A DNA stretch of 64,000 nucleotides from Phormidesmis sp. (GTDB taxonomy: Bacteria > Cyanobacteriota > Cyanobacteriia > Leptolyngbyales > Leptolyngbyaceae). Location of the stretch: contig CBDFJR010000005.1 of NCBI GenBank assembly GCA_965248535.1, positions 1,280,001-1,344,000 on the forward strand, written 5' to 3'. A model generated the notes under the pieces. It saw only the letters and a program-made list of their open reading frames with translations. It was not told where the DNA came from and did no database searches. The position numbers and the translations under genes were made by a program. This document shows, piece after piece, positions 18,386-28,090 of this stretch. Within the stretch, counting starts at the first letter, position 1; each line of letters starts with the position of its first letter.

Positions 18386-19663
18386 TTAAGTTGGGTCATA
18401 AATCGAACCCATAAACAAAATTTCACCCGTTTTGTTATCTCGAATCGCACAGAAAAAGGGACGATCGACAATCATCACAAACGGCGCGACTTCCTGCTGA
18501 ATAGACGTAGCGCGAATGCCCACCGAGGTCACGGCGGCGGCTTCGGTGCCTTCTTCATTCACATCGATAAAGGTTTTGTGTTTGACTGCATCAATGCGCG
18601 TCGAAGTCGTGCTCAGGTCAGAAAAATCTGCCTTTGATGGGTCGAAAGCCACGCCCATTCCCAAGCCTGAAAGGGAATTTTTAAGGTCAATTTCATAATC
18701 CATCTTGAAGCGGGGCAGTTGAATCGAGCCTTCGCGCTTGCTGAAGGTTTTCATCCAGGTTTGCCAATTTTCGGCCGTCAGCGTCTTTTGAAACTCTGCA
18801 AGACTGGAGGTTGACTTGGGCAAGAAGACATACAGACTGGTGCGCCCCTTACCGTAAGGGAGGCTGACCGCTTGAAACTGCGGAGTTTCGGCATAGCGAT
18901 AGTCGCCTTTTTGAGCCATCATCGGGTGCTGTTTTTGACGACCGTTTGCCAGAGTAAAGGTTTGATCGGTGGTTTGGCTCTTGTCAAATTCAGTCATCCA
19001 CTTGCCTTTGAAATAGATGGCGTTGATCAAAACCATGACTTGACTGGCATCCAGACGATCGACGATTTCGCGAATTTTGCCCTGAGTATTTTTCTTTACC
19101 CAGTCGTTGATCTGCCCCGGTGCTGTGGGGTCGGCAAAATCGAGAGACGTGACCTCGGCCGCATAAAATTTTTGATTGCGCTGGATAAATTCGGGCTTAA
19201 AGTCTACGCCCTTTCTAGCCCAAAGCGAGTTAGCGATCGTCAACTTCACGTTTGGGTCATTGCTTTCGAGCAGAGTTTTGAGCGTGGCATTAGCCTGATT
19301 GATCTCTAAAAGGCTCATGCCCTGCATTTCTAAAGCTCTAGCCATCGCTTGCTGAGTGTCGCCCCCCGCCCCGTTGTAGGTCATGGAGAGCGCGATCGCG
19401 ACGCTCATAGGCGACACAAACACGTTCTTTTTGCCATCTTGCTTGAGAATTTCGGAAAACAGCTTGAAGCTAAAGCGCGTGTTGGCCTCGATCAGTTTGG
19501 GATTGACCACTAGTTTAGAGTGAGCCGCGATCGGGCTTGAGGATGAGTTAATCGGTCTGGGAGTGCGGTTTGAGCCTGCCGCCGTTGAGCAACTGACCGA
19601 GGTGAGGGTGACGATCGCGGCCAAAACAGCGACTCCGATTCGGGTCATTAAAAGGTTGCTCAT
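18386..19663 (-). CDS. Serpin (serine protease inhibitor), probable lipoprotein
   Basis: NVFVSPMS, NAIYFKGKW, hinge EEGTEAAAVT, DRPFF..ILFMG; signal peptide ending in TSVSC. Confidence 0.93.
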   Translation of the reverse strand: MSNLLMTRIGVAVLAAIVTLTSVSCSTAAGSNRTPRPINSSSSPIAAHSKLVVNPKLIEANTRFSFKLFSEILKQDGKKNVFVSPMSVAIALSMTYNGAGGDTQQAMARALEMQGMSLLEINQANATLKTLLESNDPNVKLTIANSLWARKGVDFKPEFIQRNQKFYAAEVTSLDFADPTAPGQINDWVKKNTQGKIREIVDRLDASQVMVLINAIYFKGKWMTEFDKSQTTDQTFTLANGRQKQHPMMAQKGDYRYAETPQFQAVSLPYGKGRTSLYVFLPKSTSSLAEFQKTLTAENWQTWMKTFSKREGSIQLPRFKMDYEIDLKNSLSGLGMGVAFDPSKADFSDLSTTSTRIDAVKHKTFIDVNEEGTEAAAVTSVGIRATSIQQEVAPFVMIVDRPFFCAIRDNKTGEILFMGSIYDPT

Positions 19664-19735
19664 CGGGATTTTGTGGTTACAAGTTGTCTCTACCTTTCGC
19701 TACGGTAGTGGATGAATGATTTCCGGGCAGGCTGG

Positions 19736-21421
19736 TTACAATTTTGGCGACGCGGGCACCGTCCACCAAGCCAACGCATAGGGCTGAGTCGGCTGATTGA
19801 CGCGCTGACGAAACACAACCCGAATTTTATAGCGTCCGGTAACCGGAATCGGCTGAAAAATGTGTTCAACGCTGTCTAAGTTGCTGATCGACGAGGCAAC
19901 ACTCTGACGAATGTCTTGATCTTCGGCGTGCATCAGGTAAAGGTCGAGATTATTTAGCCCCCGATCGCTAAATCCTTCTCCTAAGTCAAACTGACGGTTT
20001 TGATTGCGATCGTTCAACTCCACCAGTCGATCCCACGCCAGGGTTAGCGCGACATAGCTGCCCTGCTGCAACGGGTTTGCCAACACATAATCCTGAAATG
20101 AGGCTTTTCCTAAATCGAGGGTTTCATAATTCCACCCGATCGCGGGCACGGGGTTTTCGGGCTTCCACTCGCCAGGGCTAAACTGCTGATAAGCCCGAAA
20201 CGCATTTAACTGACCTGCCCCCATTTGAATGTTGAGCGGCACTTGCGGATTTTTGTAAGCATCTGACTCTAGCCAGGTTTGATTATTTTTTTCTAATATC
20301 GTGCGCGTCATGCCCAAAAATTGACCGTTGCCGCTGTCTTTAATTTTGTCGGCGGAATTGATCATTACGGCTTTCATCACCTCGTGGTGGCGGGCATCTA
20401 ACCCCCACGGCAGTTTGCAGCCTGCGCCGCGTTTGCAGCTAGCCCGCAGTTGACGATCGCCAAACTCTTGCAACAGAGCGACTGTTGCAGTGACGTGAGG
20501 GGCAGCAAAACTGGTGCCGATCGAGGTCGTTAACTTGCCTTCTAAATTGGCGACCGAGACTTTATTGCCGGGTGCCACGAGGGAGATGCCGCGCCGTCCT
20601 CCGAGATTTGTTTCAACGCCATCGTTGCGTTTGAGAATGCGAGGAGACACGTCACCGATATTAGAAAAATCAACTTTGGCATAAACGCCCTTTAATCGTG
20701 TGGTGAATGCAATATTCATGCCGTTGTAATTGTCAGTCGGAATGGGAATGCCGCCTTTACCCTGATTGCCTGCCACTACATAGACGACATCATGCACCCG
20801 CGCCGACCAGTCGATACACAGCGTCAGCAGCGCGTTGCCGTCTAGTTTGGCTCCCGATCGTGGGTCTTGCTGAAGGGCTTCACCAAAGCTGAAGTTAATC
20901 GCTCGCACATCGCCGCCATTTTGCATTGCCAAATATTCAGCAGCCAGACACTCTTCGGGCTGCCCACCCTGATGAGGAATGGCCGCCGCCGAAGCATAGA
21001 GTCGGGCATTGGGGGCAACGCCTTTAATTGCTTTGCTGTTGCCGATGAGAATGCTGGCCACTTGAGCCGCGTGAGTATCCAGATGGGTGTTGCCCTTGGC
21101 AGGTTGATCGCGAAAAAATGCGCGCCCGATCGTCACCACTTGATTCCGGTTTGCCACCTTATCTAAACCGCTTTGGGGAGGTCGCCCGATCTCGACTTGC
21201 CCGATCGCGATCTTGCGTCCCGTCAAGTTATAGGGTGGCCTTTGTAGTTTTAGAGCATCAATGCCATCTTGGGCGATCGAAGACTCTTCTAGAGATGCGC
21301 CTTTTACGCCTCCGGCTAGGGTTGCCCAAGCCAAAACTCCACAGACCAACCACCGTTTATGAATCCGCCGCACTGCAATCTGCTCCCGATTGGCCACGTT
21401 TATCTTCGCTTGACCCTTCAA
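19736..21421 (-). CDS. S8 subtilisin-like serine peptidase, secreted
   Basis: DTHAAQVAS (His), VAGN oxyanion Asn, GTSFAAPHV (Ser); N-terminal signal-like segment; start uncertain. Confidence 0.85.
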   Translation of the reverse strand: MKGQAKINVANREQIAVRRIHKRWLVCGVLAWATLAGGVKGASLEESSIAQDGIDALKLQRPPYNLTGRKIAIGQVEIGRPPQSGLDKVANRNQVVTIGRAFFRDQPAKGNTHLDTHAAQVASILIGNSKAIKGVAPNARLYASAAAIPHQGGQPEECLAAEYLAMQNGGDVRAINFSFGEALQQDPRSGAKLDGNALLTLCIDWSARVHDVVYVVAGNQGKGGIPIPTDNYNGMNIAFTTRLKGVYAKVDFSNIGDVSPRILKRNDGVETNLGGRRGISLVAPGNKVSVANLEGKLTTSIGTSFAAPHVTATVALLQEFGDRQLRASCKRGAGCKLPWGLDARHHEVMKAVMINSADKIKDSGNGQFLGMTRTILEKNNQTWLESDAYKNPQVPLNIQMGAGQLNAFRAYQQFSPGEWKPENPVPAIGWNYETLDLGKASFQDYVLANPLQQGSYVALTLAWDRLVELNDRNQNRQFDLGEGFSDRGLNNLDLYLMHAEDQDIRQSVASSISNLDSVEHIFQPIPVTGRYKIRVVFRQRVNQPTQPYALAWWTVPASPKL

Positions 21422-21538
21422 AAAGCTCAGAATTTATCATCAAAGCTTTACAAAGTTTCCTTGAGGAGATGAGAGAAAATATTCACAATTTGTTAAACTG
21501 GACACAAATTTAAGCATTCTCAACGAGTAGAAGCCACT

Positions 21539-22243
21539 ATGACAACGCCATCCCAGAAGTCGATCGTCATTGCTCCATCAATTTTGTCTGCTGACTTTAG
21601 CCGCCTCGGAGACGAAATTCGGGCTGTCGATGCAGCCGGGGCTGACTGGATTCACATTGACGTGATGGATGGTCGCTTTGTCCCTAATATTACGATCGGG
21701 CCTTTGATTGTCGAAGCAATTCGCCCCGTCACCACCAAGCCTCTAGATGTCCACCTGATGATCGTGGAGCCAGAGAAATATGTTGAAGATTTTGCCAAAG
21801 CGGGCGCTGATCACATCTACGTTCACGCTGAATATAGTGCGTCTGCTCATGTGCACCGCACCTTGGGGCAGATCAAAGAGTTGGGCAAAAAAGCGGGCGT
21901 GGTGTTGAATCCTGGTAGCCCTTTAGAGTTAATTGAGTATGCGCTCGACCTGTGCGACTTGGTGCTAATCATGAGCGTCAACCCTGGTTTTGGCGGTCAG
22001 AGTTTCATTCCTGGCGTGTTGCCAAAAATTCGCAAGCTGCGCCAGATGTGCGATGAGCGCGGTCTTGACCCCTGGATCGAGGTGGATGGTGGCTTAAAGG
22101 CAAACAACACCTGGCAGGTGATCGAGGCGGGTGCGAATGCGATCGTGGCTGGGTCTGCGGTTTTTAATGCTCCCGACTATGCGAAAGCGATCGCAGATAT
22201 CCGCAACAGCAAGCGCCCATCTCCTGAGCTTGCAGCCGTCTAA
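21539..22243 (+). CDS. rpe: Ribulose-phosphate 3-epimerase
   Basis: [27 protein letters not shown] and IEVDGG motifs. Confidence 0.97.
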   Translation: MTTPSQKSIVIAPSILSADFSRLGDEIRAVDAAGADWIHIDVMDGRFVPNITIGPLIVEAIRPVTTKPLDVHLMIVEPEKYVEDFAKAGADHIYVHAEYSASAHVHRTLGQIKELGKKAGVVLNPGSPLELIEYALDLCDLVLIMSVNPGFGGQSFIPGVLPKIRKLRQMCDERGLDPWIEVDGGLKANNTWQVIEAGANAIVAGSAVFNAPDYAKAIADIRNSKRPSPELAAV

Positions 22244-22262
22244 TTTCTAGTCACTCAAAGAG

Positions 22263-22302
22263 AAAGGGGAGACGATCGGGCTACGATCGTCTCCCCTTTT
22301 TT
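22263..22302. terminator. Intrinsic terminator between convergent genes, possibly bidirectional
   Basis: AAAGGGGAGACGATCG-ggcta-CGATCGTCTCCCCTTTTTT. Confidence 0.8.
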
Positions 22303-22332
22303 GATCAATACACCAAAGCGGTAGGTAAAAAA

Positions 22333-22689
22333 CTAGTCTTCGATCACTTCGCGGATGCGGCGCTCTAAACGATCGAGATCCAGTCCACCCTCATCACGAG
22401 AAAACCGCCGAACCGATTTATTCACCTGCTGCAAATCATTAAACAAGTCGCGCAAAATCTCCTGCTGCTGCCGTGATTGAGTCACCTCACGCGGCTCTTG
22501 AACCAGATCGCGCACGATCGAGTCTTCTGCCCGTGACGCAATAATCGGATCGGGCTGCCCCTCTAACTGCACAAACGTGCGACGACCTGGGCCGCGATCT
22601 TCCTCGATCGGCACAACAGCCGTCACCTGGTCAGAGCGCACATACTTCCCAAACCCCAGATGCACCAACACTGACGATTGAATTCTCAT
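22333..22689 (-). CDS. Hypothetical protein with RemA/DUF370-like N-terminus
   Basis: LVHLGFGKYVRSDQVTAVVP..GRRT pattern; AAGGAAG RBS; coiled-coil C-terminus. Confidence 0.6.
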   Translation of the reverse strand: MRIQSSVLVHLGFGKYVRSDQVTAVVPIEEDRGPGRRTFVQLEGQPDPIIASRAEDSIVRDLVQEPREVTQSRQQQEILRDLFNDLQQVNKSVRRFSRDEGGLDLDRLERRIREVIED

Positions 22690-22802
22690 TGGCTCTTCCT
22701 TGACTCTTATATCCCCATTATCGCGGGTTTAATAGTAGCTGTGAGCCAGTTCCTGAGCGGTTTTCACGACATTTTTAGGACGGATTTCTTTTGCCCCTTT
22801 GG

Positions 22803-23714
22803 CTACCCGGCCGATCGTCGAGCAGGTGTTTTCAACAGCTTATTTACCATTGCTGGAATGTCAGATGGGCGATCGGCCACCGGAATCTTAGCGCGCCTAA
22901 ACGCATCAACCTTGCTCGTTGCAGTGCCGACATCTGAACCAAAATCAGCAATCTGTGAATCGATAATCGCGCCTGCGTGACCCATGCGTCTGCCTTTGGG
23001 AGCGCTGCGCCCAGCAATGTAGGCAATCACAGGCTTATCGATCGCCTCAGCAATATAGTGGGCGGCCGCCTCTTCACTGTCTCCCCCAATCTCACCCACC
23101 AGCACAATCACCTCCGTGCGATCGTCCTCATCTAGAATTTGTAGCCACTGCGGAAACGAAGACCCCACGATCGTGTCGCCGCCAATACTGACCCCGATCG
23201 ATTGACCCAGACCCGCTTGAGTCAACGTCCACGCCACCTCATAGGTTAGGGTGCCACTGCGACTAATCAGCCCCACCGAGCCAGGCATATAGAGATCAGG
23301 TGGGTGAATGCCCATCAAAATCTGACTCGGCACAATAATTCCAGGACTGTTTGGCCCGACAATCAACGTCTCGGTCGCCTCAGCCTTGCGAATCAGATGC
23401 ACCATGTCGAGGGGAGGAATGCCCTGACTGACCAAAATCACCTGCCGAATGCCTGCGGCGATCGCTTCTAGCGCAGCGTCTAGAGCCGCGTAGGGCGGAG
23501 TGCAGATCACGGCTGCATCAACCGGGCCCACGACGGGGATCGCCTGCTCTAACATATCAAAAACGGCGATGCCCTTGAGAGCTTGCCCCCCAAAACCAGG
23601 GCTGATGCCAGCCACGACGTGCGTTCCATAGGTTTTCATCAACGGCGCACAGGTTTTCCCCAAAGGCTCCATGATGCCTTGCACGATGACTTTGCTAGCT
23701 GGGGTAAAAATCAT
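22803..23714 (-). CDS. sucD: Succinyl-CoA ligase alpha subunit
   Basis: GPNSPG, SRSGTLTYE, GEIGG and MGHAGA (phospho-His). Confidence 0.92.
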   Translation of the reverse strand: MIFTPASKVIVQGIMEPLGKTCAPLMKTYGTHVVAGISPGFGGQALKGIAVFDMLEQAIPVVGPVDAAVICTPPYAALDAALEAIAAGIRQVILVSQGIPPLDMVHLIRKAEATETLIVGPNSPGIIVPSQILMGIHPPDLYMPGSVGLISRSGTLTYEVAWTLTQAGLGQSIGVSIGGDTIVGSSFPQWLQILDEDDRTEVIVLVGEIGGDSEEAAAHYIAEAIDKPVIAYIAGRSAPKGRRMGHAGAIIDSQIADFGSDVGTATSKVDAFRRAKIPVADRPSDIPAMVNKLLKTPARRSAG

Positions 23715-24075
23715 AGGATTTAGAGGTAGTTGCTCAAAGAGAAACCCGATCGAGAATAAAGCAGGGAAAACAGGTGGGGCGACCTGAAAGGACTATAAAC
23801 GTTCTGTCTAGGAGTCGCAAGACGGTCAGATCTGAGCGCTTGAGGCTGAAGTGTCAGAGTTTCTAAGGGTTTGCGTAGAAGAATTTTCACCCCTTGCCGA
23901 ACTGTCAGAGGACTTGATAGTGATTGGTAGCATACACGATACAGAATTATAGTTCTGCTGAGTTAGCTACAATAGGGGGTGTCTCACCAGATCCCTTATT
24001 CACCACTTCAAATTAGAGAATAAGTTCCGTGGAAACACGGGTGAAACTGTAAGTTAACAAACCATTAAGTTTTAG

Positions 24076-25320
24076 TTAAGTCAGCTTCTTAGTCTGCTTG
24101 GTGAGGCTGACAACCTTTGAAACGGCTAGATCTAAGTCATCGATCACAAGGGCTTGCGTGGTTGCCAACCGCTCTTTGGCTTCAGTCAATCGAGAGCCGA
24201 CTAATCTAACCACTAGTTGAGGCGTGCGGGCGACTCGACTCACCATCACTTCTTCTCTGGCTTCGCTAATGCTGCGGACGTTGCGGCTCTGACGTTGAAA
24301 AAACTGCGCGATCGAGTCTGCAATCTGATCGCAGGGCACCGTCCCCGTGACTAGATTAATCAGCACTCCTCTAACTTGCCGACTTTGGGCGATCGCTTCT
24401 AATCCATCTTCTAACCGCTCACACATAGTTTCAGGGAGCCAATCGTAGTGAGTCTCGCTACCAATGTTTAAAAAATTGGCAGGTTTGCCGCCTGCTTGAG
24501 TGACGAGATCCATCGTTGCCATCGTCAACCCAGCGCCGTTGCAGAGAATGCCAATTTGCCCATCGGGGTCGAGGGTCGAGGTGAGTTCGGGGGGACGGTC
24601 AGAGGTCGATTGTCGCCCAGCCTCATCAAGAGCACGCAGCGGATCGCGGGGCAGTGTAGCTTTGGGGTCGAGGGCCGCCAGAGCAGGGTGCCGAGCCAGC
24701 GCATCATCATTGACCGTGATTTTGCCATCTAGGGCCATGACTTCTCCGGTGGGGCTAACACCGAGGGGGTTGATCTCCACTAGGTCTAAGTCGTTGTCAA
24801 GGAATAGTCGATACATTTTTTCAACGATCGCGCTGACTGAATTGATCAGCGACCCTTCTAGCCCCATCTTCACCATTAATCGACGGGCATAAAACGGTGA
24901 AAATTCTTGATCGACCGTGACGTGCTTCATTTCGGCGATCGCCGCTTGCACATCAATTCCACCTTTGAGAGACCCCAACAGCACCGGGCGACGAATGGAT
25001 CGGTTCAAAATCACCGCCAAATAGAGTTCTTGCTGAACGTCGTATTTTGCTTCTGCCAGCAGCGCCTTGGGATATTCTCCGACGATGGGTAAATTAAAGA
25101 TGGTTTGTGCCGCCGCCACCGCATCGATCGTGTTTTCGACAAATCTAATGCCGCCTGCCCGTCCTCGCCCGCCCATATAGACTTGAGACTTGAGCACGAT
25201 CGGGTAAGGCAACTCTAACCCCTTAAGATCTCTAGGGCGATCGATGCGCTGCGACGGCAGCACCGGAATGCCCATTTCCCGAAAAAGCTCTTTAGCTTGA
25301 TATTCCAGTAAGTCCATCAC
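24076..25320 (-). CDS. sucC: Succinyl-CoA ligase beta subunit
   Basis: LLEYQAKELF, GGRGRAGG, VEINPL and NGAGLTMATMD motifs. Confidence 0.92.
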   Translation of the reverse strand: MMDLLEYQAKELFREMGIPVLPSQRIDRPRDLKGLELPYPIVLKSQVYMGGRGRAGGIRFVENTIDAVAAAQTIFNLPIVGEYPKALLAEAKYDVQQELYLAVILNRSIRRPVLLGSLKGGIDVQAAIAEMKHVTVDQEFSPFYARRLMVKMGLEGSLINSVSAIVEKMYRLFLDNDLDLVEINPLGVSPTGEVMALDGKITVNDDALARHPALAALDPKATLPRDPLRALDEAGRQSTSDRPPELTSTLDPDGQIGILCNGAGLTMATMDLVTQAGGKPANFLNIGSETHYDWLPETMCERLEDGLEAIAQSRQVRGVLINLVTGTVPCDQIADSIAQFFQRQSRNVRSISEAREEVMVSRVARTPQLVVRLVGSRLTEAKERLATTQALVIDDLDLAVSKVVSLTKQTKKLT

Positions 25321-25337
25321 GATGTTTAAAAAGGGGG

Positions 25338-26264
25338 TCAGGGGTCAAGTTTCTCACTCTTTTTTCGGCTTTGCCAGTCTTTGGCGACTAAATCAATGCC
25401 ATAAAATCGCTGCCAAAACTGATCTACCAGACGGGTGGGCAAAACTTTGGTCATCATGAACAGCAAAAAGTCACCACTGGTGGCTGCGACATAGCGAGGG
25501 CGTGGGTGGCGGGCAGTCATGGCTTTGAGAATGACGATCGCCACTTGTTCAGAAGTCCAAGCGCGGCGGCTGGTGAGCGCTTCTAAATCTTCTAGCTTTT
25601 TAAAGGCGACTCGATAGGGGGAATGGTCGGGATCAGCGATCGTGCGTTCAACCTCTCGATCGACGACCTCAAAAAACTCGGTGCTGACGGGCCCCGGCTC
25701 AATCACACTGACGCGAATGTTAAACGGAGCCAACTCTCGCCGCAGAGAATCGCTGACCGCTTCGAGCGCAAACTTAGAGGCGCTATAGAGACCCCCAAAC
25801 GGGAAGGCAATTTTGCCCGCGAGGGAACTGACGTTGATAATTTTGCCGCCGCCCTGATCGCGCATGGCTGGAATCAGGGCTTGAATCAACGCGATCGCCC
25901 CTAGCACATTTACCTGCATCTGCCGCTGAACGGCATCGGGGGGAATTAGCTCGATCGGGCCCATCTGCCCATAGCCTGCGTTGTTGACTAAAATATCGAC
26001 TCGCCCAAAGCGATCGAGGGCCGTTTTTGCCAGAGCTTGCACCTGCTCAATCTGGGTCAGGTCAGTAGGCACGGCGATCACCTCTGCGCCTGCTTTGCTG
26101 CACTGTTCGGCGATGCGAGTCAGTTTTTCGACACTGCGGGCCGCCAACACTAACCCAATGCCAGGGTAACGCTGGGCTAAAACCTGGGCTAGACCTGCTC
26201 CGATGCCAGCAGAGGCTCCTGTGATTAAAACAACTTGCTCGGCTAGAGGAGAGGATTGCGGCAT
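25338..26264 (-). CDS. Short-chain dehydrogenase/reductase
   Basis: TGASAGIG, NNAG, YSASK; start uncertain (26264 or 26285). Confidence 0.9.
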   Translation of the reverse strand: MPQSSPLAEQVVLITGASAGIGAGLAQVLAQRYPGIGLVLAARSVEKLTRIAEQCSKAGAEVIAVPTDLTQIEQVQALAKTALDRFGRVDILVNNAGYGQMGPIELIPPDAVQRQMQVNVLGAIALIQALIPAMRDQGGGKIINVSSLAGKIAFPFGGLYSASKFALEAVSDSLRRELAPFNIRVSVIEPGPVSTEFFEVVDREVERTIADPDHSPYRVAFKKLEDLEALTSRRAWTSEQVAIVILKAMTARHPRPRYVAATSGDFLLFMMTKVLPTRLVDQFWQRFYGIDLVAKDWQSRKKSEKLDP

Positions 26265-26360
26265 AGCTCCAATTTCGATCGGCATCTCTCAGCTAATTAT
26301 CCCATTAATGACAGATCTCGATCGCCAATCACAAACCCCGACCGATTCAAGAGTTTGAAG

Positions 26361-26388
26361 TGAACCCTTTTGATCGCTACCCAGTCTA
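26361..26388 (+). promoter_or_regulatory. Putative ECF-type autoregulatory promoter
   Basis: GAACCC (26362-26367) - 16 nt - GTCTA (26384-26388) upstream of an ECF sigma gene. Confidence 0.55.
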
Positions 26389-26430
26389 AGAAGCTATAAC
26401 GTATCAATCCAGTGAAGGAATGATTCACAG

Positions 26431-27024
26431 GTGTTAGTGGCCCCGATCGATGTGATAGCAAATGGCTCGTTGAATAGTCAGTTTGAAGAGTCGGATCAAG
26501 ATCTCGTGCGACGATGCCTCAAGGGAGACTCCCCCAGCTTTCGTCGGCTTTATCAACGGCATCAGAGTCGCGTCAGAGCCATTCTCTACCAACTCTGTGA
26601 TCCCACGGCTCTCGATGATTTAGTGCAGGAGGTGTTTCTACGAGCGTGGAAAGGGTTACCCAAATTTCGGCAAACTGCCCAATTTTCGACCTGGCTCTAT
26701 CGCATTGCCTGGAACGTTGCCTCCGATCAGCGGCAGATTGCAGCTAAGGGGCGCACTCGTCTTGAAGCCTTGACTCACCAGGCTCCGACTCAGCAAGACG
26801 CACCTGATCTGATGCAGTTACACTATCAAGACTTGGTGCAGCGAGGGCTTAAACATTTAAGCTTTGACCACCGCAGCATTCTCGTGCTGCACGATTTAGA
26901 AAGTGTTCCTCAAAAGGAAATTGCTGAAATTTTAGAGATTCCGGTGGGCACGGTGAAATCTCGTTTGTTCCACGCCCGTGCCGCAATGCGACAATTTCTC
27001 TATCAAGAGGGAGTCCAGCTATGA
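26431..27024 (+). CDS. ECF (group 4) RNA polymerase sigma factor
   Basis: Region 2 DDLVQEVFLRAW..FSTWLYRIAWN; region 4 EIAEILEIPVGTVKSRL. Confidence 0.93.
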   Translation: MLVAPIDVIANGSLNSQFEESDQDLVRRCLKGDSPSFRRLYQRHQSRVRAILYQLCDPTALDDLVQEVFLRAWKGLPKFRQTAQFSTWLYRIAWNVASDQRQIAAKGRTRLEALTHQAPTQQDAPDLMQLHYQDLVQRGLKHLSFDHRSILVLHDLESVPQKEIAEILEIPVGTVKSRLFHARAAMRQFLYQEGVQL

Positions 27025-27347
27025 GTTTATTACCTGACGACGATCGGGATTTAGTCGATTTTTTGCGACAGCACCGATCGCCCGTGCCACCACCCGCCAT
27101 CGGACTCGATCGCGAGATTATGCGCCAGATTTCAGCCCCCATCGATCGAGATCGCTGGAAAAATTGGCTGGCTGCCCCGGCTCTGGCGGCCAGTTTAGTG
27201 ACGGCAGTTCTCAGCTATCGAGCGTGGGTGCCGCCTCAGCCCAGCGCCGCAGAAACGGCAACCCTAGAAGCCTTTATTGAGAGCAATTGGCACAGCACCA
27301 CCTACGACAATTCCGACCTTGAATGGGTCTCCACCAATGATGAATAA
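27021..27347 (+). CDS. Putative single-pass membrane anti-sigma factor
   Basis: ATGA overlap with the sigma gene; one transmembrane segment WLAAPALAASLVTAVL. Confidence 0.6.
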   Translation: MSLLPDDDRDLVDFLRQHRSPVPPPAIGLDREIMRQISAPIDRDRWKNWLAAPALAASLVTAVLSYRAWVPPQPSAAETATLEAFIESNWHSTTYDNSDLEWVSTNDE

Positions 27348-27864
27348 TCATCCTGCTCACGCTTTGCTTAGATTGTTGACCCGTCGGCGAGTCGGGGCGA
27401 TCGTGGCCCTGCTCATTGTTCTAGGGGGCGCGATCGCTCTTCGGGGAAGCTATCAGGCAGAGGCGACCCTAGAGCCGTCTTTGGTGGCGACCGATCCCGT
27501 CGCTCAAGAGTCTTCACTCCCGTCAAAGCGCGGACTGGGTTGGCTGAGAGATCTCAATCTCAAGCCCGATCAGATGCGAAAAATTCAGGCGATTCGTCGT
27601 CAGTCTAGAGATCAGATTAACCGTCAGCGCCAAGAGATTCAGCAGTCTCAGCAAGATCTGCGATCGCTGCTAGCGAGTGATGCCTCGGCTGATCAGGTTC
27701 GAGAAAAATATCGTCAAGTGCAGCGCGGGCGTGACCAGTTAGCCGACGCGCAGTTCAATAGCCTTTTAGAAATGCGGCAGGTGTTAAACCCCACCCAACG
27801 CCGAACCTTTGCAGATCGAATGCAGCCCCGCAAAGAGGTTAATGGTAGAACGCCGCGATCGTAA
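27337..27864 (+). CDS. Spy/CpxP-family (LTxxQ) periplasmic chaperone
   Basis: Signal or anchor RRRVGAIVALL; LNLKPDQ and VLNPTQR motifs flanking a coiled coil. Confidence 0.8.
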   Translation: MMNNHPAHALLRLLTRRRVGAIVALLIVLGGAIALRGSYQAEATLEPSLVATDPVAQESSLPSKRGLGWLRDLNLKPDQMRKIQAIRRQSRDQINRQRQEIQQSQQDLRSLLASDASADQVREKYRQVQRGRDQLADAQFNSLLEMRQVLNPTQRRTFADRMQPRKEVNGRTPRS

Positions 27865-28030
27865 GCGCCGCAATCATGGGGATCACGATCGGAATGGCTA
27901 CCAACAGCGCCCGTCCGTCTAATCGCATCGGTTGACCGTCAGATCTCAGCAGAAAGATCAAGGCTCCAACGCCCATCGCTACCCAGATGCCGCCAAAAAT
28001 AAAGAAGACTGTGTAGGCTGCACTACCCAT
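27839..28030 (-). CDS. Small two-TM membrane protein (63 aa)
   Basis: MGSAAYTVFFIFGGIW.. two hydrophobic helices; start placed at ATG 28030. Confidence 0.6.
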   Translation of the reverse strand: MGSAAYTVFFIFGGIWVAMGVGALIFLLRSDGQPMRLDGRALLVAIPIVIPMIAALTIAAFYH

Positions 28031-28090
28031 TTTTGATGCCTGGTTAATGATTAAATCATGCGATGCAGTGCGGGAGGATTTTCTCAACCG

